Notes: generated from the sequence alone by a model not told the origin. A stretch of DNA of 64,000 bases from Perkinsela sp. CCAP 1560/9 (GCA_965644495.1 CBFFSA010000016.1:62001-126000); one strand, 5' to 3'. Numbered from the stretch's first letter, positions 9,399 through 21,253 are shown. Program-made: numbers and translations.

Positions 9399-9477
9399 TT
9401 TTATAGATGATATAGATTTTATAGGTGATATAGATTTTATAGATGATATAGATTTTATAGATGATTGTAGATGATAT
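9399..9477. repeat. 18-bp tandem repeat (TTTTATAGATGATATAGA, ~4 copies)
   Basis: Direct inspection of 9399-9477. Confidence 0.85.
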
Positions 9478-10149
9478 TCGGTTAATCTACTAGCCGATTA
9501 GTACTAAATTAGTAATTACTCGTTGGTTGCATAGCTCAATGGGCGATCTTATCCGCATTACCCAATCCTAAGCCTGGGGAAGGTCCAAATCAGGACCGGG
9601 GGAGGAGGGTGGAGAAATTCCTTTTAAAACAAAAAGAGATATTTCCTCGAGGTTTTGATGACTGTTTAGAGTGCATACATGTTTTAAGCGTGGGTGGCTA
9701 TTAAGCTAGGATAGAATATATAAACCACTGTCCAGTTTATGACCATTGCCTATGACCAGTTACTGTGTCGGGGGGGGGCACAGTAAGTTGTCCTGGGGGT
9801 ATTTCGTGTGTCCCCCCCTCAGGAGGAGATCATTTTTAGATTTTAGATATTTGTTCTTTGAGCTTTTCAACACCTTTTATAAATTTTTCACGGAATTTTT
9901 AAAAGCGAGTCTGATAGCTACTCCACCGATAGCACAGAAGAACACGATACTGACGATGAGCGCGAAATTTCGGATCAAGAACTGGAGGTAGTTGATTTTT
10001 CGACTCTTTTCGATGAAAAAAGAGAAGACGGCTATACTTCATCCGAAGAAGACGAAAACAATGAGATGCGCAATCTAATCTTCTCGAGCAACACAACGTA
10101 CGTAAACGTCTTTTAAATAGAGGCGACCGCACAGCTGGAATCCCTGTTT

Positions 10150-11492
10150 CTGGGAAGAAAATTTATGCCTCTATATCTATCAAAGACAAGCGTTTAGCTG
10201 TCCGACTTTTCCGACACTATGAAGGACAAGCAGAGTGGTTCTCAAAGCTACAAAAAAAACTTTTCATGGCTACCAAAGGAAGGGTTTTTCTGAGATCACG
10301 TGATCAGCTACAAAAATGGAGGAAGCTTGTAGTCGATGCCGCACGCGGAATGGGAAACAGAAAAAAGGTTGCGCACTCGTCCTCGTTCAACTGATCCTGT
10401 TGGAACTGAATTGCTTGAATGGTACACGAACTTACGCTCGCAAAATATGAGAGTATCGGTGGCGGCAGCAAAGGCGAGAGCTCGTGTTATAAACGGAACT
10501 CCAGTTTCGAATAAGTGGTTTTACCGTTGGAAACGACAGCATGATATTGTGCTAAGGTCTGTTCAGCGCACTACTACTCGCACCATACAAGAAATTACCG
10601 CATTGCTCAACTCTTTTCATCAATTCCTTTACAATATTCTTTTAGCAAGCATTGTTAGTATAATAATCAACCTGGATGAAATTCCTTTTTCCCTAAGTGG
10701 AAGTATGAATTCTCGGTCCACTTTAAGCGATCGCGGATCAAGAAATGTTATTTGAGAGGACCCCAATTGGGATCGCCGATGCTGCTCTTATTCCTTCTAA
10801 TTATTCCTGCAATAATTGGCATAATAAAAAGAGAATGTGGTTTCTCTCCATTCAAATTGCGTTGCGCGGTACTGCTAAGGCGCAAATGTAAAAAGTCGTG
10901 GGTTCTTTCTAACCCTTTTGGTTGGCTAATTGAAGAAAGTTCATCCGGTGTTATCACAAGTTCAATGATGGTGGGTAGCATAATTCCTTTTATTCGTGGT
11001 CAAGTAACTCCTTTGCTTAGTGGAACCGAAGTATGCTTGACTATCATGGATGGTGCCACTGGGCATACCACTTCTCCTGTGAAGCGTTGATTTTCAGAAT
11101 TTTCGAAACTGGCTATCATTCCAAGTGGCATGACTCAATTTGTACAAGCGATTGATACGGACTACGCAGCGAAGTTTCTGCATAATTACACAATTCAACA
11201 TTACCAGCCTTGGGTTTTGACTGGCGTCCGGAAGATAAAGTCCAAAAGTGCTGCTGAACTCATGGTACGATGGTTGGGAAAGGCGCATGAAAAAACTTTG
11301 AATGAATTTAACATAGTCTCATGCTTCGAAAAACTCGGCTACAGCAATGGTACCAACATTGCAATATCGCGCCTTCCCTATACGTTTACACTGAGCGTGC
11401 CGGACGTAATGATTGTTTTGTTTAAGGTATCAGACAAGGATGTTCTATTTCGTTGGAATCTTAGCAAGCAATGGGTTCCTCCTGATTTCTGA
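10150..11492 (+). pseudogene. pogo/Tc2-family transposase pseudogene (CENP-B-type HTH + DDE_1)
   Basis: ELLEWYTNLRSQNMRVS...SNKWFYRWKRQH (HTH_Tc5); catalytic motifs IINLDEIPF, IMDGATGH, IIPSGMTQFVQAIDTD (34 codons between 2nd and 3rd D, including one in-frame TGA); frameshift near 10750. Start approximate; TIRs not identified. Confidence 0.85.
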
Positions 11493-12294
11493 GAAAAAAC
11501 AAGAATAAACAGGGCACGCATTCAATGTTACTGGGCAATACGTACTACTGCATTTAATTACCTCTAAATTAAGCAATTCAAAGTTACTACTACTACTACT
11601 ACTACAAATAAGTGGGGGGCCGCAGTAATTGTAATCTAAACAAGCTCATTGTTCTTTGTTTTAGCCCGTCCTGCGCGCACAAAATTCTCTTGATGAGATC
11701 TGCAAAGTGCAACAAAGTGGGGGGTCACTTTTCGTGATACATGTATTTCCAGTAGTATATTTATTGAGTATGTTAGCCTAACTTACTACTTAACCTTAGG
11801 TGTGTTTTGCTGGCAAGTGAAATGTACACCAGAAACAGCACCAGAGACAATATCGCCTTACATAATTCGATTTAGAAAACGCCTTCGGTTTTCTCCCACA
11901 TAACGACTTCTCTTGTTTTGGGGGGGGGGCGACCCCCCCCCCGATCATCAATTATATCAGAGCATTGCATACTGGAGCGTCGGTATAACTCAAGTGCTCC
12001 AATGGACTTGCCTCACAAGTTGTGACCAAAGTGCATCGAGTATGACATCTTGCGAACATGTCTACCCAACTACGGAGTAGTCTGAATCGAAATGCAGTCT
12101 TTCGTCAAAGCATTCGTCGACGACCTCACGATTGTCACAATCACTCCGAGAGGGCTCCAACATGCAACCAACCATTTAGTCAAAGTGCTAACTGTCATGG
12201 GCCTTCGGCTCAATGTAAAGGGTCAAAACTACTGATACCCTAAAGAGTGAGAATAGCCCTTACTTTATTCTTCATCCTCTTTTCTGGACTGAAG

Positions 12295-13212
12295 TCATGG
12301 CATCGTTCGGTACTTTGCATCATTCCATTGTGGAATGGCGCGGCGAACGTCTTGAGCGCCGCGTAGCACTTTAATAAGAAACTCACAAAGGGGTTCCCAA
12401 AAGTTGCACAAACGCAGAGGTGGCCCAGAATCTTCTTGATGGCAGTTGGTAAAGCTAAGAACATTTTCTGGATGAAATTTCCCCTTTTCAGGAGTATCGT
12501 CCACAAGTACTGTATTATGTGCGTACCACCTACCAAGAAGACAAACATCTCCAAGCCAAATCTTTCGAAGGTCCTTCACGGTTCCATAAGGCTTTTCAGG
12601 TGATGTATCGGGAGTGCAATGTTCGCGTGAAAGGACAGCAATAATTTTCGTTCTGCTTTTGCTGTCTAGTAAAGAATTCAAGCATTTCTCCGCAGTTTTT
12701 TTTAGCGAACTTGTCCAAATCGCCACCACAAAGTAATCCAAAAGAGTACGAATGGCGGATTCCGCTCCAAGAAGGGGCACACAATTTCCTTTTCGTGTTT
12801 TTCTAACCAAGACACCATTCAAGTCCAACATTAACAACACAGGGTACCGCGACAAGATGGATCTTTCAATATATTCATATGACATACAGCAAGTGTAACC
12901 TAATACGGAACGCAACGAAACGTAGCCTTTTCCGTTCCAACTTTTGTGCAAGCGCTTAATTTGCATAAATTCGAACACGCGATTATCGTTGTTTTGAACT
13001 GCAGGAGCGCCATGAACAGCCACAGATGGTATGAGTTCGTCCAATGCATACCTTAGAGCTCCACAGGGAATTTCAGATACCTCCGACCTCACCTTCACAC
13101 GTATCCAACGCTCTGGTTCAAGCAACATATCACCAAGCTTTTGTCGTGCATAGTTAATGTTAGAGTGTTTATTCCATACAGACTGTAGCCGTTTTAAAAA
13201 ATATTCTAACAT
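12295..13212 (-). CDS. NIF/FCP1-like HAD phosphatase-domain protein
   Basis: LLMLDLNGVLV, VAIWTSS, KDLRKIW, NTVLVDDTPEK motifs; first ATG at 13212. Confidence 0.85.
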   Translation of the reverse strand: MLEYFLKRLQSVWNKHSNINYARQKLGDMLLEPERWIRVKVRSEVSEIPCGALRYALDELIPSVAVHGAPAVQNNDNRVFEFMQIKRLHKSWNGKGYVSLRSVLGYTCCMSYEYIERSILSRYPVLLMLDLNGVLVRKTRKGNCVPLLGAESAIRTLLDYFVVAIWTSSLKKTAEKCLNSLLDSKSRTKIIAVLSREHCTPDTSPEKPYGTVKDLRKIWLGDVCLLGRWYAHNTVLVDDTPEKGKFHPENVLSFTNCHQEDSGPPLRLCNFWEPLCEFLIKVLRGAQDVRRAIPQWNDAKYRTMP

Positions 13213-13463
13213 CAACCCCCATATTTCAAAAAGGTGAGAAACTATAGACTAGAATGCTTCACAACTACACTGTGGACAAGATGCGTCCTACAAGTTGTGG
13301 GCTACAACTCATGTAGAAAATTATTAAACAATGTAAGCGACAAACATAAGCAAGCTTTTTCTTATTATAAATATTTTCCAGGACCTTGAAAAAAATCTAT
13401 CTTCATCTTATGTAACATCATAATAAATATACTTCATATCAAGAGAATGTCAGCGAATTTTCC

Positions 13464-14546
13464 TCATATGTCTTGCGACATTCTCGGCGGGTCAGTCGGA
13501 GGAATTACTCGAGAAAATAGATCTTCTTCACTTATCCACTGATTATTCACATTTTCTATTTCATGCGAAGCGGGCTTCGAAAAGGAATTTTCTTGCATTT
13601 CCAATAAAATTTCATTTGTCCTCTTGTTTTGCTCCTCTGTGAAATCTTTGGGTAATGGTGTAGTGTAAAGTTCCTCGCTATACGTGCTGGGGCCTTGTAC
13701 CAGCTTCTCGTTCGCGCCAAATTGGTCCCAAGTTCCAAGCGCGTAAGAACCTGAAAGTGCATCTTCGGAGGAGCCCTCGGATGTACTGCTTGATAATTCT
13801 GCCCCATCGATCTCTTTGGCCTGCATCGATTGATAATTGTGTTCCTTTAGAACACATTTATTCCACTGGAGACAGTGAGGTCGAAGATCCTGCGCTTTTG
13901 AGATTCTCAATAAGAATGGAAGAAGATTCTTTTCGCAAGAAGTCGGTATTCGTGGAACCGACAACACATTCTCCGCGAATTCCTCCAGTAAGGGAGCCGT
14001 GTCCTCATTTTCTGAATCCGAAGAGGAAGAAAGAAGTGCAGCGTCAATATTCGATATAAGAAGAGTGTTACCCGATTCCCACCTTCCGAAGTGGGATTCT
14101 TGTTCCCAAACATCCTTAAAAAGATGGGAAAGGTTCGCAGTCATTGGAGTCGTGAACTCGGAATTTTTTCGTTTTTCAGCGATGCTAACTATGGTAGGAA
14201 CAACGACAGCAAAAGAATATCGTACTCGTACTGTCTGCTCTATATGTCCGACGAATCCTAAAGCGTAGTGTTGGCGTAGTGTATCAAGAAACTTCATGGA
14301 ACTGTCAATGAACTGGGAAAGATACGCTGAGTCAAGGAGCAGCAATTTGGGTAATTCGGCTGAGTGCAACGCTAGTGATCTTGTGCTTATCCTCGAAATA
14401 TACCCATATTGTGAGTGAACGCGTGTTATGGTACTTTCTTTCCCAAGAAATTTGCAGGCTTCGCGGGGACTTGAGTGATTAGCATTATTTTTCCAAGGAA
14501 TACTGTCGCAGAAGAACCAGGTTCCAAGATCGTATTTTAAATCCAT
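13464..14546 (-). CDS. LsmAD-domain protein (ataxin-2/PBP1-related)
   Basis: WDQFGANEKL...STYSEELYTT...EILLEM...SEEDLFSRV near the C-terminus. Confidence 0.75.
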   Translation of the reverse strand: MDLKYDLGTWFFCDSIPWKNNANHSSPREACKFLGKESTITRVHSQYGYISRISTRSLALHSAELPKLLLLDSAYLSQFIDSSMKFLDTLRQHYALGFVGHIEQTVRVRYSFAVVVPTIVSIAEKRKNSEFTTPMTANLSHLFKDVWEQESHFGRWESGNTLLISNIDAALLSSSSDSENEDTAPLLEEFAENVLSVPRIPTSCEKNLLPFLLRISKAQDLRPHCLQWNKCVLKEHNYQSMQAKEIDGAELSSSTSEGSSEDALSGSYALGTWDQFGANEKLVQGPSTYSEELYTTPLPKDFTEEQNKRTNEILLEMQENSFSKPASHEIENVNNQWISEEDLFSRVIPPTDPPRMSQDI

Positions 14547-14747
14547 CGTTGTATAAGAAATTTAAGATAATAGAAATTAAAATGTAGCCCGTTGGCTGTG
14601 ACACTCTCAGTTCATGTATTGCTCAAAATAATACCGAGTACATAGAACAACTCAATATGGAAATTTTATCATTTTAAAAATCTGTAACCTCCAAATAAAA
14701 TTTGAAACCGATGTTATTGTACGCAGTATTCATGCTTCAATAGTCAA

Positions 14748-17700
14748 CTAACGCTTGTCCCTTCCTCCTGTAAAGGGGTCCAACTTCAAACCAGATGGAC
14801 TGTTTAATGTGGATTTTCCAAACAAGGACGAAAATGGCTTTTTACTAGGAGGTTGAATGGGATTCATGGGTAATAATTGATGTGTAGATTTTCCCAATGC
14901 AGCCTTTCCTGGTAATAGATTCGCTTTCGCAACATTTGTTTCATTCGTTGTGCTACTATTTTCATGCCCAGTAGATACATGTATGCTTTCAGCAGGTAGT
15001 TCTTTCTTCTCGCGCAATACATCTCGTTCATGCTGCGATATTGGCTTATTCTCTATCTTTGTTTTTGAGAAGTTTGTAGCTCCATGCTTAAGCTCAGCTG
15101 AGTTCGACTTCTGCGTAAAGGTACCCAAGATAGACGATTCGTAGCCTTTCCTTCCGGAGACAGCCTCACTGTAAGGTTTATCAACGGCTCCATCAGATTT
15201 TCTTACAGCCATCATGCGTTTTCTTGATCGAATGATCTCTCTCCAGTACTTTTCCGAATAATTTTGGTAAGTCGCAAAATCATCTTTCCATAACGCTCTA
15301 CGAGAGGAGTCCGATATTCCGTAGACTTGTCGAAATTGCTCATTTTGTGTCTTGATTTCCGACAAACGAGTCGCATAGATGGTGTTAAAGTTAGACCATA
15401 GTTGATATGATCGGCCAACAAGAGGAAAATGTCTATGAAAAACTTTTCTTATGAACGTCCGAAAGGAACTGTTGTCTGCAAGGTAAGAGGTAAAAGGAGC
15501 GTGATGCTCGGACCCGAGGACATGATTTCGAATTTTGGTCATGAAATTATCCGAGAGCCTATCAACTTGAGTATTTGTAGTCTTTTTCAAGCCTTTTTCT
15601 TCAACGTCTCCAAAACCGAGTGAGCCGCGAAGGGGAGCTTCAGTGTACGTGTCGTAGTCTATTTCTATAGTTCGTGTATCCACAACAGTATTATTTAGCT
15701 CCTGAACCATTTTTGTGTCCAATATTCCCTGCGACCCAAAGAAATCAATTGTTCGGTCACGCTCAAGTCGCACGTTTTCGTATTGAAATGGACGTGCCTT
15801 CGAAGACGCCAAAATAACATCGATTACTGTGCTCTTCTTAGCAGGATGTATAACGAAAATGTGGTCCGGGGAGGTTTCTGACATAATTATTTTCCCAAAC
15901 CGATTAATGTAATGGTACATCATGTGAATGGTCTCCGTAATGCTTGGAACCCAACGACCCTCGCAATAGTCCGAATATAACGCGCGAAGCTGTTCTTCTT
16001 TTCTCTCAGCACCAGAAACAAGATTCTCCGCCAAAGTCTTGAATTCAAGGAAAAGTTCCGCGTTTCCCTTATTCTCCACAGCTCCGTAGTTCCAATCCAT
16101 AGAAAAACCGTCACCAAAAAAGGTAACCATGTTCTGTAACACCTCTCTCATTTTGATCATGTTATCTAAAGGTTGAGACGAAAAGAGTGCTAAACCAAGT
16201 GATGTCCCTTTGAAGGCATTTTTGGATTTTTTATCAGAATCTGAGCTTCCCAGTGCATGTTCCTTTTGTTCAGTTTCAGAAAAGGATGTTCTTGTTCCCT
16301 TCCATTTTAGAAGAGAAGGCACGTGATAATACTTCGTGAAAGTTTTCGTATTCGGTGAAGAAGTAGAGCACGACAGAAATGGTGTCAAACTGTGCTTTCC
16401 CTTTTTTACCTGCTGAGCAGCTTGAATGATATAATCCGCATCCGGTGCTTGGGCCATAAAATATTCTATATCTTCTTTTCGAATGTGGCACTCCATGAGA
16501 AGTAATCGTAAAGATGTATTGGTAATCCAACGATTATGCGCACGAAAGTCCCGTAGAGCAACTTCCTTGGATTTTCGAACTGCTTTTAGAAATGTGTTAG
16601 TAATATCTCTGTTCACATAATGCGCAAGCATACAGCTAAAATTGTCCAAATAAGATTGTCTGCACCATTTTTCAAGTGATGGGTCGTCAACTTGCACAGT
16701 TTTTAAGTCTCCGGCATGCTGCGACATGCCTTTCCGTCCGACCTCGTGTAGATGCCGCTGAACATATTTGTATCGAATTAGCCCTTCCTGAGCTATCAGT
16801 TCCACATCACCTTCAATTTCATAATGTGCTTCTTTTTCATTGGCTTCTACGATCAAGGCAGGGTCCCTCTCGCCCCATACAGTGTCATGACTTCGAGACT
16901 CTGTTAAGGCTCGTGCAGTGTTTGAAATCTTTTCGCATCCAACGGGAATGGTGCTGTTGTATTGCTCAATTTCTACTTTCATATATTGATGCAGCAGCGT
17001 CAAGAGAAGTGGAGAGGGCGCTGCTCCGTAACATGTCCATTCCTTGTAGGAAATCATAAGTTCCTTAGGATGAGAACTCATGGCCCATATTATTTGAGCC
17101 TCGCTTGCGTTTTCTCGTTTGAGCTTTTCACGGAAGAGACGTAAAAGAGCTGAAGAACTATTTAATCTTTCGCTACGCTCTGTTTCGAAGCCAAGAGTAT
17201 CTTTAGGAGCTGCCCAAGCGTCAGGTGAATGTCCTGTAGGACCAATACCAAACCCCTTGCTCACTTGATTCATAACGTACTGAAAACGATCTCCTATTCC
17301 TCCTACGCTTCCCAATAGGGGGATCTTTCCTTCAAAAGGAAGCTTATGCGGTTGAAGTAAGCAACGTTCGCTCACGTGTTTTGAACGTTCCATTAAGTTG
17401 TGGTACGTCCAATACGGGCGCACGTTCCACCAGTTCTCATTCAGCTTAAACTTTTCCAATTCTGAAAATTTTTTGTAGTAATTTCCAGGACGAGTGCCGC
17501 TGATATCCCGGATCGCTTGCTCTACTTCCGCCACCTCTTCGTCAGAAATCATATTGACCTTGTTCCATCCGTGGGTTAGCTCCTTTCGATCCACAGTCGG
17601 AAGACCATGAGTGTATATGGATCCGGTTTTTCCTGAGAGCGCCGGTGCCGCTTCATAGCTCTCCGGCAATACCTGGAACTGATTCGGTTTTGTGTGGAAT

Positions 17701-20105
17701 TGTTTAGACTGCAAACGTTGTGTATACTCGCTAGTTACAAAATCATCGTTCGCTATGTGTTGCGTGTACCCAAAGATCATTCGTTTAGGAGTCATTCGAT
17801 CAGGTATCAAAGGAGCCACCGGCTGCTCATTCCATGGAGCCTCTATTGCTTGTTTCAATTTTCTACGAAATTCATCGTTTCGAAACGGAATTTTCCATGA
17901 ATATGGCTCTCTGACCTGGTCTTTTCCTATGCATTTAACGTCAGACAGATTTTGCACATCCAAACGAATCGCTACCCCACATTCGGGAAACGTCTGCACC
18001 CAAAAAGAGCCCCGCCGAATCCCTACAAGGACGCAGAAAAATTCATCTATTGAATTTTTCTCCTTTTCAATTATTTCTATTGTGTTTTCCTCATTCAACG
18101 CTTTCCATTGATTTCTTTTCACATAGTCTTCAACTTCTGTACAAGTCCTTCCCATCTCAACGACGTCCCCTTCGTCTGTAACGGCTAATAATTGGAATGA
18201 ATCAGCATCAACGCCAGCACACGTTGCGAAGGAACAAGATTCTAGGACTTCAAACTGAGCACCGTATTGATATCCAAATGTTTGACAAGTTTCTGGCGTT
18301 ACATCAACTAATCTAGATTGAAAACCTATCTTGTTGGGATTATCCCATGTTCTGACTTGAACTTGCAACTTGCTTCCGTGAGAAAGTGGAAGAGTGAAAT
18401 TTGTTAACAAATTCTTCTTCATTTCTGTTATCTCTCCATCATCTATTTCATACCACCTATAGCAAGAATTGTCAGGGAAATAGAAGGGTTGTTTTAATCG
18501 GAGACGTATTTTTTCTTCTTCGAAAGTCATGATCTGCAGGTCATTAGTGTTTAATAGTTTTTGCTCAAGCAGTGTGTAGTATTCAAGTTCTCGCAACATT
18601 TTCAGCGAATCTTTGGCATGTGTATCAATGTAGCACTCTTTAGGAAGTCTTCGGGAATGCATGAAAGACTTCTCTAACCCCCTCTTCACTTCTCTCCAGT
18701 TTGTTACTCGACGTCCCATAGAAGTCTGTGTTGCACTAAGCTTGTATTCCACTAGATCCTTCATGCATAGATTCCAACCCTTTGGCGGAACGCGCACAAC
18801 CCCTTCCTCACGTTGTTCACGTCGAAATCGATCGAGTTCCAAATCTATTCGAAGTTGTTTAACACTTTGAGGAACAAGCTGCGTGCCGATTCCCAAATAC
18901 GGATTTCGTAACCCTTCTTTGAGACCTTGACTCCGCATATTGGTCAATAGAATAGGATGATTTGTTTCGTCCAATATTTCATTGTACAGCTTCATTAAAT
19001 TTGCGGATTCTTTCACCACACCTGAGGCGTATTCCGCGGAGGCTCTGATGTTTATAAGAAAACTGTTCGCTCGTCCCCGCTGATGAGTTACCCGATAAAT
19101 CCGCATGAGTGCTTCGACTTGACGCTGGGTATGTTGTGCAGTTCCAAAGACAGTATGTTCTGTAGCCTTAACAAACAGCGCCTCGCCCCTATTGGCAACC
19201 AGATCGTACCACTCTTTTGACCAGGATTTATGAGGATCCCATACTCCTTGAAATGCGTGCAGCGGAGACCATGGTACGCCTTGCGCGCAGTATCGTGTTG
19301 TCGCGTACGGAAGACTACATCGGGGACAGTACTCTGGATGCACACGATTGGCTTCCATTTCTATGAAAACAGAGAATATATCCTCCAAAGATTTGGGCCT
19401 TTCTTTCAGAAACGAATTCAAAAGGTAGGTATCGTGATATTTCGTTCCCATCGCCTCATCAAATTCCATGAAAAACTGTGATACGACCCTAACCTCTCGG
19501 TACTTTTTCCCAGCACCGGGTTCATGAAGACCTTCGGATGTAAAGTACTCCGGGTCTGTGGAATTTGGTATGATTTTAATTTTTCCTACGCCATCATAGT
19601 GTCTCTTGACTAAAAAATCCAGTTTTTTCCACCAGTACTTCGTGTGCTCCAATACATTTGATGACTCATGTGTCACAGTTGGAGAGCTGCGTGACTTAGG
19701 GTACAGTCGGCAAGCCCAATGTCTTTCATCCGCGATGTGAATAGCTGCAGGAGGTAACAAGCCTCTATATAAAAATGGGTTTTCCCTCTCCCACGGATTG
19801 TACTCACTAAATCCACATCGTCGGTAACTGTTTTCCCAGTCTGACTTCGAACTTGGAACGCCAATCAAACGATTGTAATGACTATGTGCAGTTCCTTCCC
19901 GCAGCAGAAAATTCTTAGAAGCGTCTTGATCAGGAGCCACGGCCTCGTGAGCCTTATTTCCTCTGTTTCTTGGATTAATTGCTCTTTTTCGATCCCCCGT
20001 TGGAAAGCTTCTTGACATCCACGCGGGACGTGATGTTTCCAAAAACGGTTTCTGAAGATATTTCTCGTATGGAATCAATCTGCAGTGTTTTCGAGTGCGC
20101 TCCAT
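14748..20105 (-). CDS. Large kinetoplastid-type protein, candidate mitoribosomal small-subunit protein (mS48-like)
   Basis: 1785-aa intact ORF, basic N-terminus, CPRC..C Zn-binding-like motif, W/R/P-rich composition. mS48 rests on recalled size and Zn site only; CDS status is certain, identity is not. Confidence 0.5.
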   Translation of the reverse strand: MERTRKHCRLIPYEKYLQKPFLETSRPAWMSRSFPTGDRKRAINPRNRGNKAHEAVAPDQDASKNFLLREGTAHSHYNRLIGVPSSKSDWENSYRRCGFSEYNPWERENPFLYRGLLPPAAIHIADERHWACRLYPKSRSSPTVTHESSNVLEHTKYWWKKLDFLVKRHYDGVGKIKIIPNSTDPEYFTSEGLHEPGAGKKYREVRVVSQFFMEFDEAMGTKYHDTYLLNSFLKERPKSLEDIFSVFIEMEANRVHPEYCPRCSLPYATTRYCAQGVPWSPLHAFQGVWDPHKSWSKEWYDLVANRGEALFVKATEHTVFGTAQHTQRQVEALMRIYRVTHQRGRANSFLINIRASAEYASGVVKESANLMKLYNEILDETNHPILLTNMRSQGLKEGLRNPYLGIGTQLVPQSVKQLRIDLELDRFRREQREEGVVRVPPKGWNLCMKDLVEYKLSATQTSMGRRVTNWREVKRGLEKSFMHSRRLPKECYIDTHAKDSLKMLRELEYYTLLEQKLLNTNDLQIMTFEEEKIRLRLKQPFYFPDNSCYRWYEIDDGEITEMKKNLLTNFTLPLSHGSKLQVQVRTWDNPNKIGFQSRLVDVTPETCQTFGYQYGAQFEVLESCSFATCAGVDADSFQLLAVTDEGDVVEMGRTCTEVEDYVKRNQWKALNEENTIEIIEKEKNSIDEFFCVLVGIRRGSFWVQTFPECGVAIRLDVQNLSDVKCIGKDQVREPYSWKIPFRNDEFRRKLKQAIEAPWNEQPVAPLIPDRMTPKRMIFGYTQHIANDDFVTSEYTQRLQSKQFHTKPNQFQVLPESYEAAPALSGKTGSIYTHGLPTVDRKELTHGWNKVNMISDEEVAEVEQAIRDISGTRPGNYYKKFSELEKFKLNENWWNVRPYWTYHNLMERSKHVSERCLLQPHKLPFEGKIPLLGSVGGIGDRFQYVMNQVSKGFGIGPTGHSPDAWAAPKDTLGFETERSERLNSSSALLRLFREKLKRENASEAQIIWAMSSHPKELMISYKEWTCYGAAPSPLLLTLLHQYMKVEIEQYNSTIPVGCEKISNTARALTESRSHDTVWGERDPALIVEANEKEAHYEIEGDVELIAQEGLIRYKYVQRHLHEVGRKGMSQHAGDLKTVQVDDPSLEKWCRQSYLDNFSCMLAHYVNRDITNTFLKAVRKSKEVALRDFRAHNRWITNTSLRLLLMECHIRKEDIEYFMAQAPDADYIIQAAQQVKKGKHSLTPFLSCSTSSPNTKTFTKYYHVPSLLKWKGTRTSFSETEQKEHALGSSDSDKKSKNAFKGTSLGLALFSSQPLDNMIKMREVLQNMVTFFGDGFSMDWNYGAVENKGNAELFLEFKTLAENLVSGAERKEEQLRALYSDYCEGRWVPSITETIHMMYHYINRFGKIIMSETSPDHIFVIHPAKKSTVIDVILASSKARPFQYENVRLERDRTIDFFGSQGILDTKMVQELNNTVVDTRTIEIDYDTYTEAPLRGSLGFGDVEEKGLKKTTNTQVDRLSDNFMTKIRNHVLGSEHHAPFTSYLADNSSFRTFIRKVFHRHFPLVGRSYQLWSNFNTIYATRLSEIKTQNEQFRQVYGISDSSRRALWKDDFATYQNYSEKYWREIIRSRKRMMAVRKSDGAVDKPYSEAVSGRKGYESSILGTFTQKSNSAELKHGATNFSKTKIENKPISQHERDVLREKKELPAESIHVSTGHENSSTTNETNVAKANLLPGKAALGKSTHQLLPMNPIQPPSKKPFSSLFGKSTLNSPSGLKLDPFTGGRDKR

Positions 20106-20586
20106 GTGTAAGACTTAAGTTTTCGAATTTTGAAAGTAATTCGTGTAATGAAAGGCGCTTAACAAGTATATTTTCGAATGAGACGGGGTTAATAGCTTCG
20201 ACTTTCCAATTTCAATTCATTAATAAAAATTACTACGACAATCATAAAAATTACTTGGGAAGCATAAAACATGCTTAATAAACTCTTTTACTTTTACTAA
20301 AAGTATTACTAAGGTACAGGTGTATGTGTGTAAAGTCCTCAGTTAAAGAAGTCAAAGGACGCTACTTTCCCGAAAGTGCTCTCCCATGCTCTTGAGTTCA
20401 CAAGATTGAGTGAACGAAATCATGGTGTCGTCCCAGCCAAATGAAGTTGCTGCAGACGATTTTATGTCACGCCGATTCACGCTCTAAGAAAACCCATGAC
20501 AGAACCCAGCAACATTCTTACACCACAACCAGGTTCATACCTGTAGCCATACCTGTTCATACATGTAGCCCACATCGTCTTAAAAT

Positions 20587-21162
20587 TCAAAGCTCAATAT
20601 CTTCATCAATACCCCTATCAAGAAAATTCGAATATTGTCCAGGAACCATAACGTGGTATATAGATTCTTTACAGGCTAATCTTGAGTTCTCATTGGGGTC
20701 TTTCGTTGCTTGCATTGCCGTCATCTCATTTCGTGCTTCACGAACCGTACTTTCATTTCCTATGCAAGGCACTTCGTATGCTGCGTGAGATGCAGCGTTG
20801 GATAAACGTATTTCCTTCTCACACTTAGCGCAGCACCGAAGAGTTCCCGTGCATGGCAAGCAAATGTTGTGATAGGCATGGCTGATGGTGCGTTGTTTAC
20901 ACCTTCGGCAGTGCGCATATTCTTTGAGAGGTTTGTATTTTCCGTACTTAATTTTCCATGCGATGCATTCAGAACAGCGCAAACAACATTGCACGGTGGC
21001 TTCTTCAGGACTAAACCGAATTGCATCCGATTTCCGATGACGATTTGGATCGAAAGCGGTTTGGTTTAGAAATCTCTGACGTGGACCCTTATGAGAGCTT
21101 TTCTTGAGCACTTGAACGGACATCGATATGAAAATAAAGTAAATGAAATTTGAGTAGTTCAT
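20587..21162 (-). CDS. DUF2039 / C9orf85-like zinc-finger protein
   Basis: NQTAFDPN, CLRCSECIAWKIKYGKYKPL, CRRCKQRTISHAYHNICLPC, CAKC. True start may be the ATG at 21123 (MSVQ). Confidence 0.85.
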   Translation of the reverse strand: MNYSNFIYFIFISMSVQVLKKSSHKGPRQRFLNQTAFDPNRHRKSDAIRFSPEEATVQCCLRCSECIAWKIKYGKYKPLKEYAHCRRCKQRTISHAYHNICLPCTGTLRCCAKCEKEIRLSNAASHAAYEVPCIGNESTVREARNEMTAMQATKDPNENSRLACKESIYHVMVPGQYSNFLDRGIDEDIEL

Positions 21163-21208
21163 AATATATAAATTTTATAAATTTACATGCATCATTGAAC
21201 AACTTGAT

Positions 21209-21253
21209 CATTTTGACCCAAAACCCACTCTCTTACTGGGGGGGGGTATACGG
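21209..21253 (-). mobile_element. Solo terminus of the CCGTA MITE family
   Basis: Reverse complement CCGTATACCCCCCCCCAGTAAGAGAGTGGGTTTTGGGTCAAAATG closely matches 4691-4733; flanked by TA. Confidence 0.8.

Noticed and set aside
9399-9477. Short repeats as a possible CRISPR array (also 29485-29624)
   Set aside because: Contiguous tandem units with no spacers; eukaryotic context; no cas genes.
9760-11945. G/C-run motifs at ~9770, 11612, 11718 and 11920 as TIRs of the pogo element
   Set aside because: Could not pair them as inverted repeats with a TA duplication.
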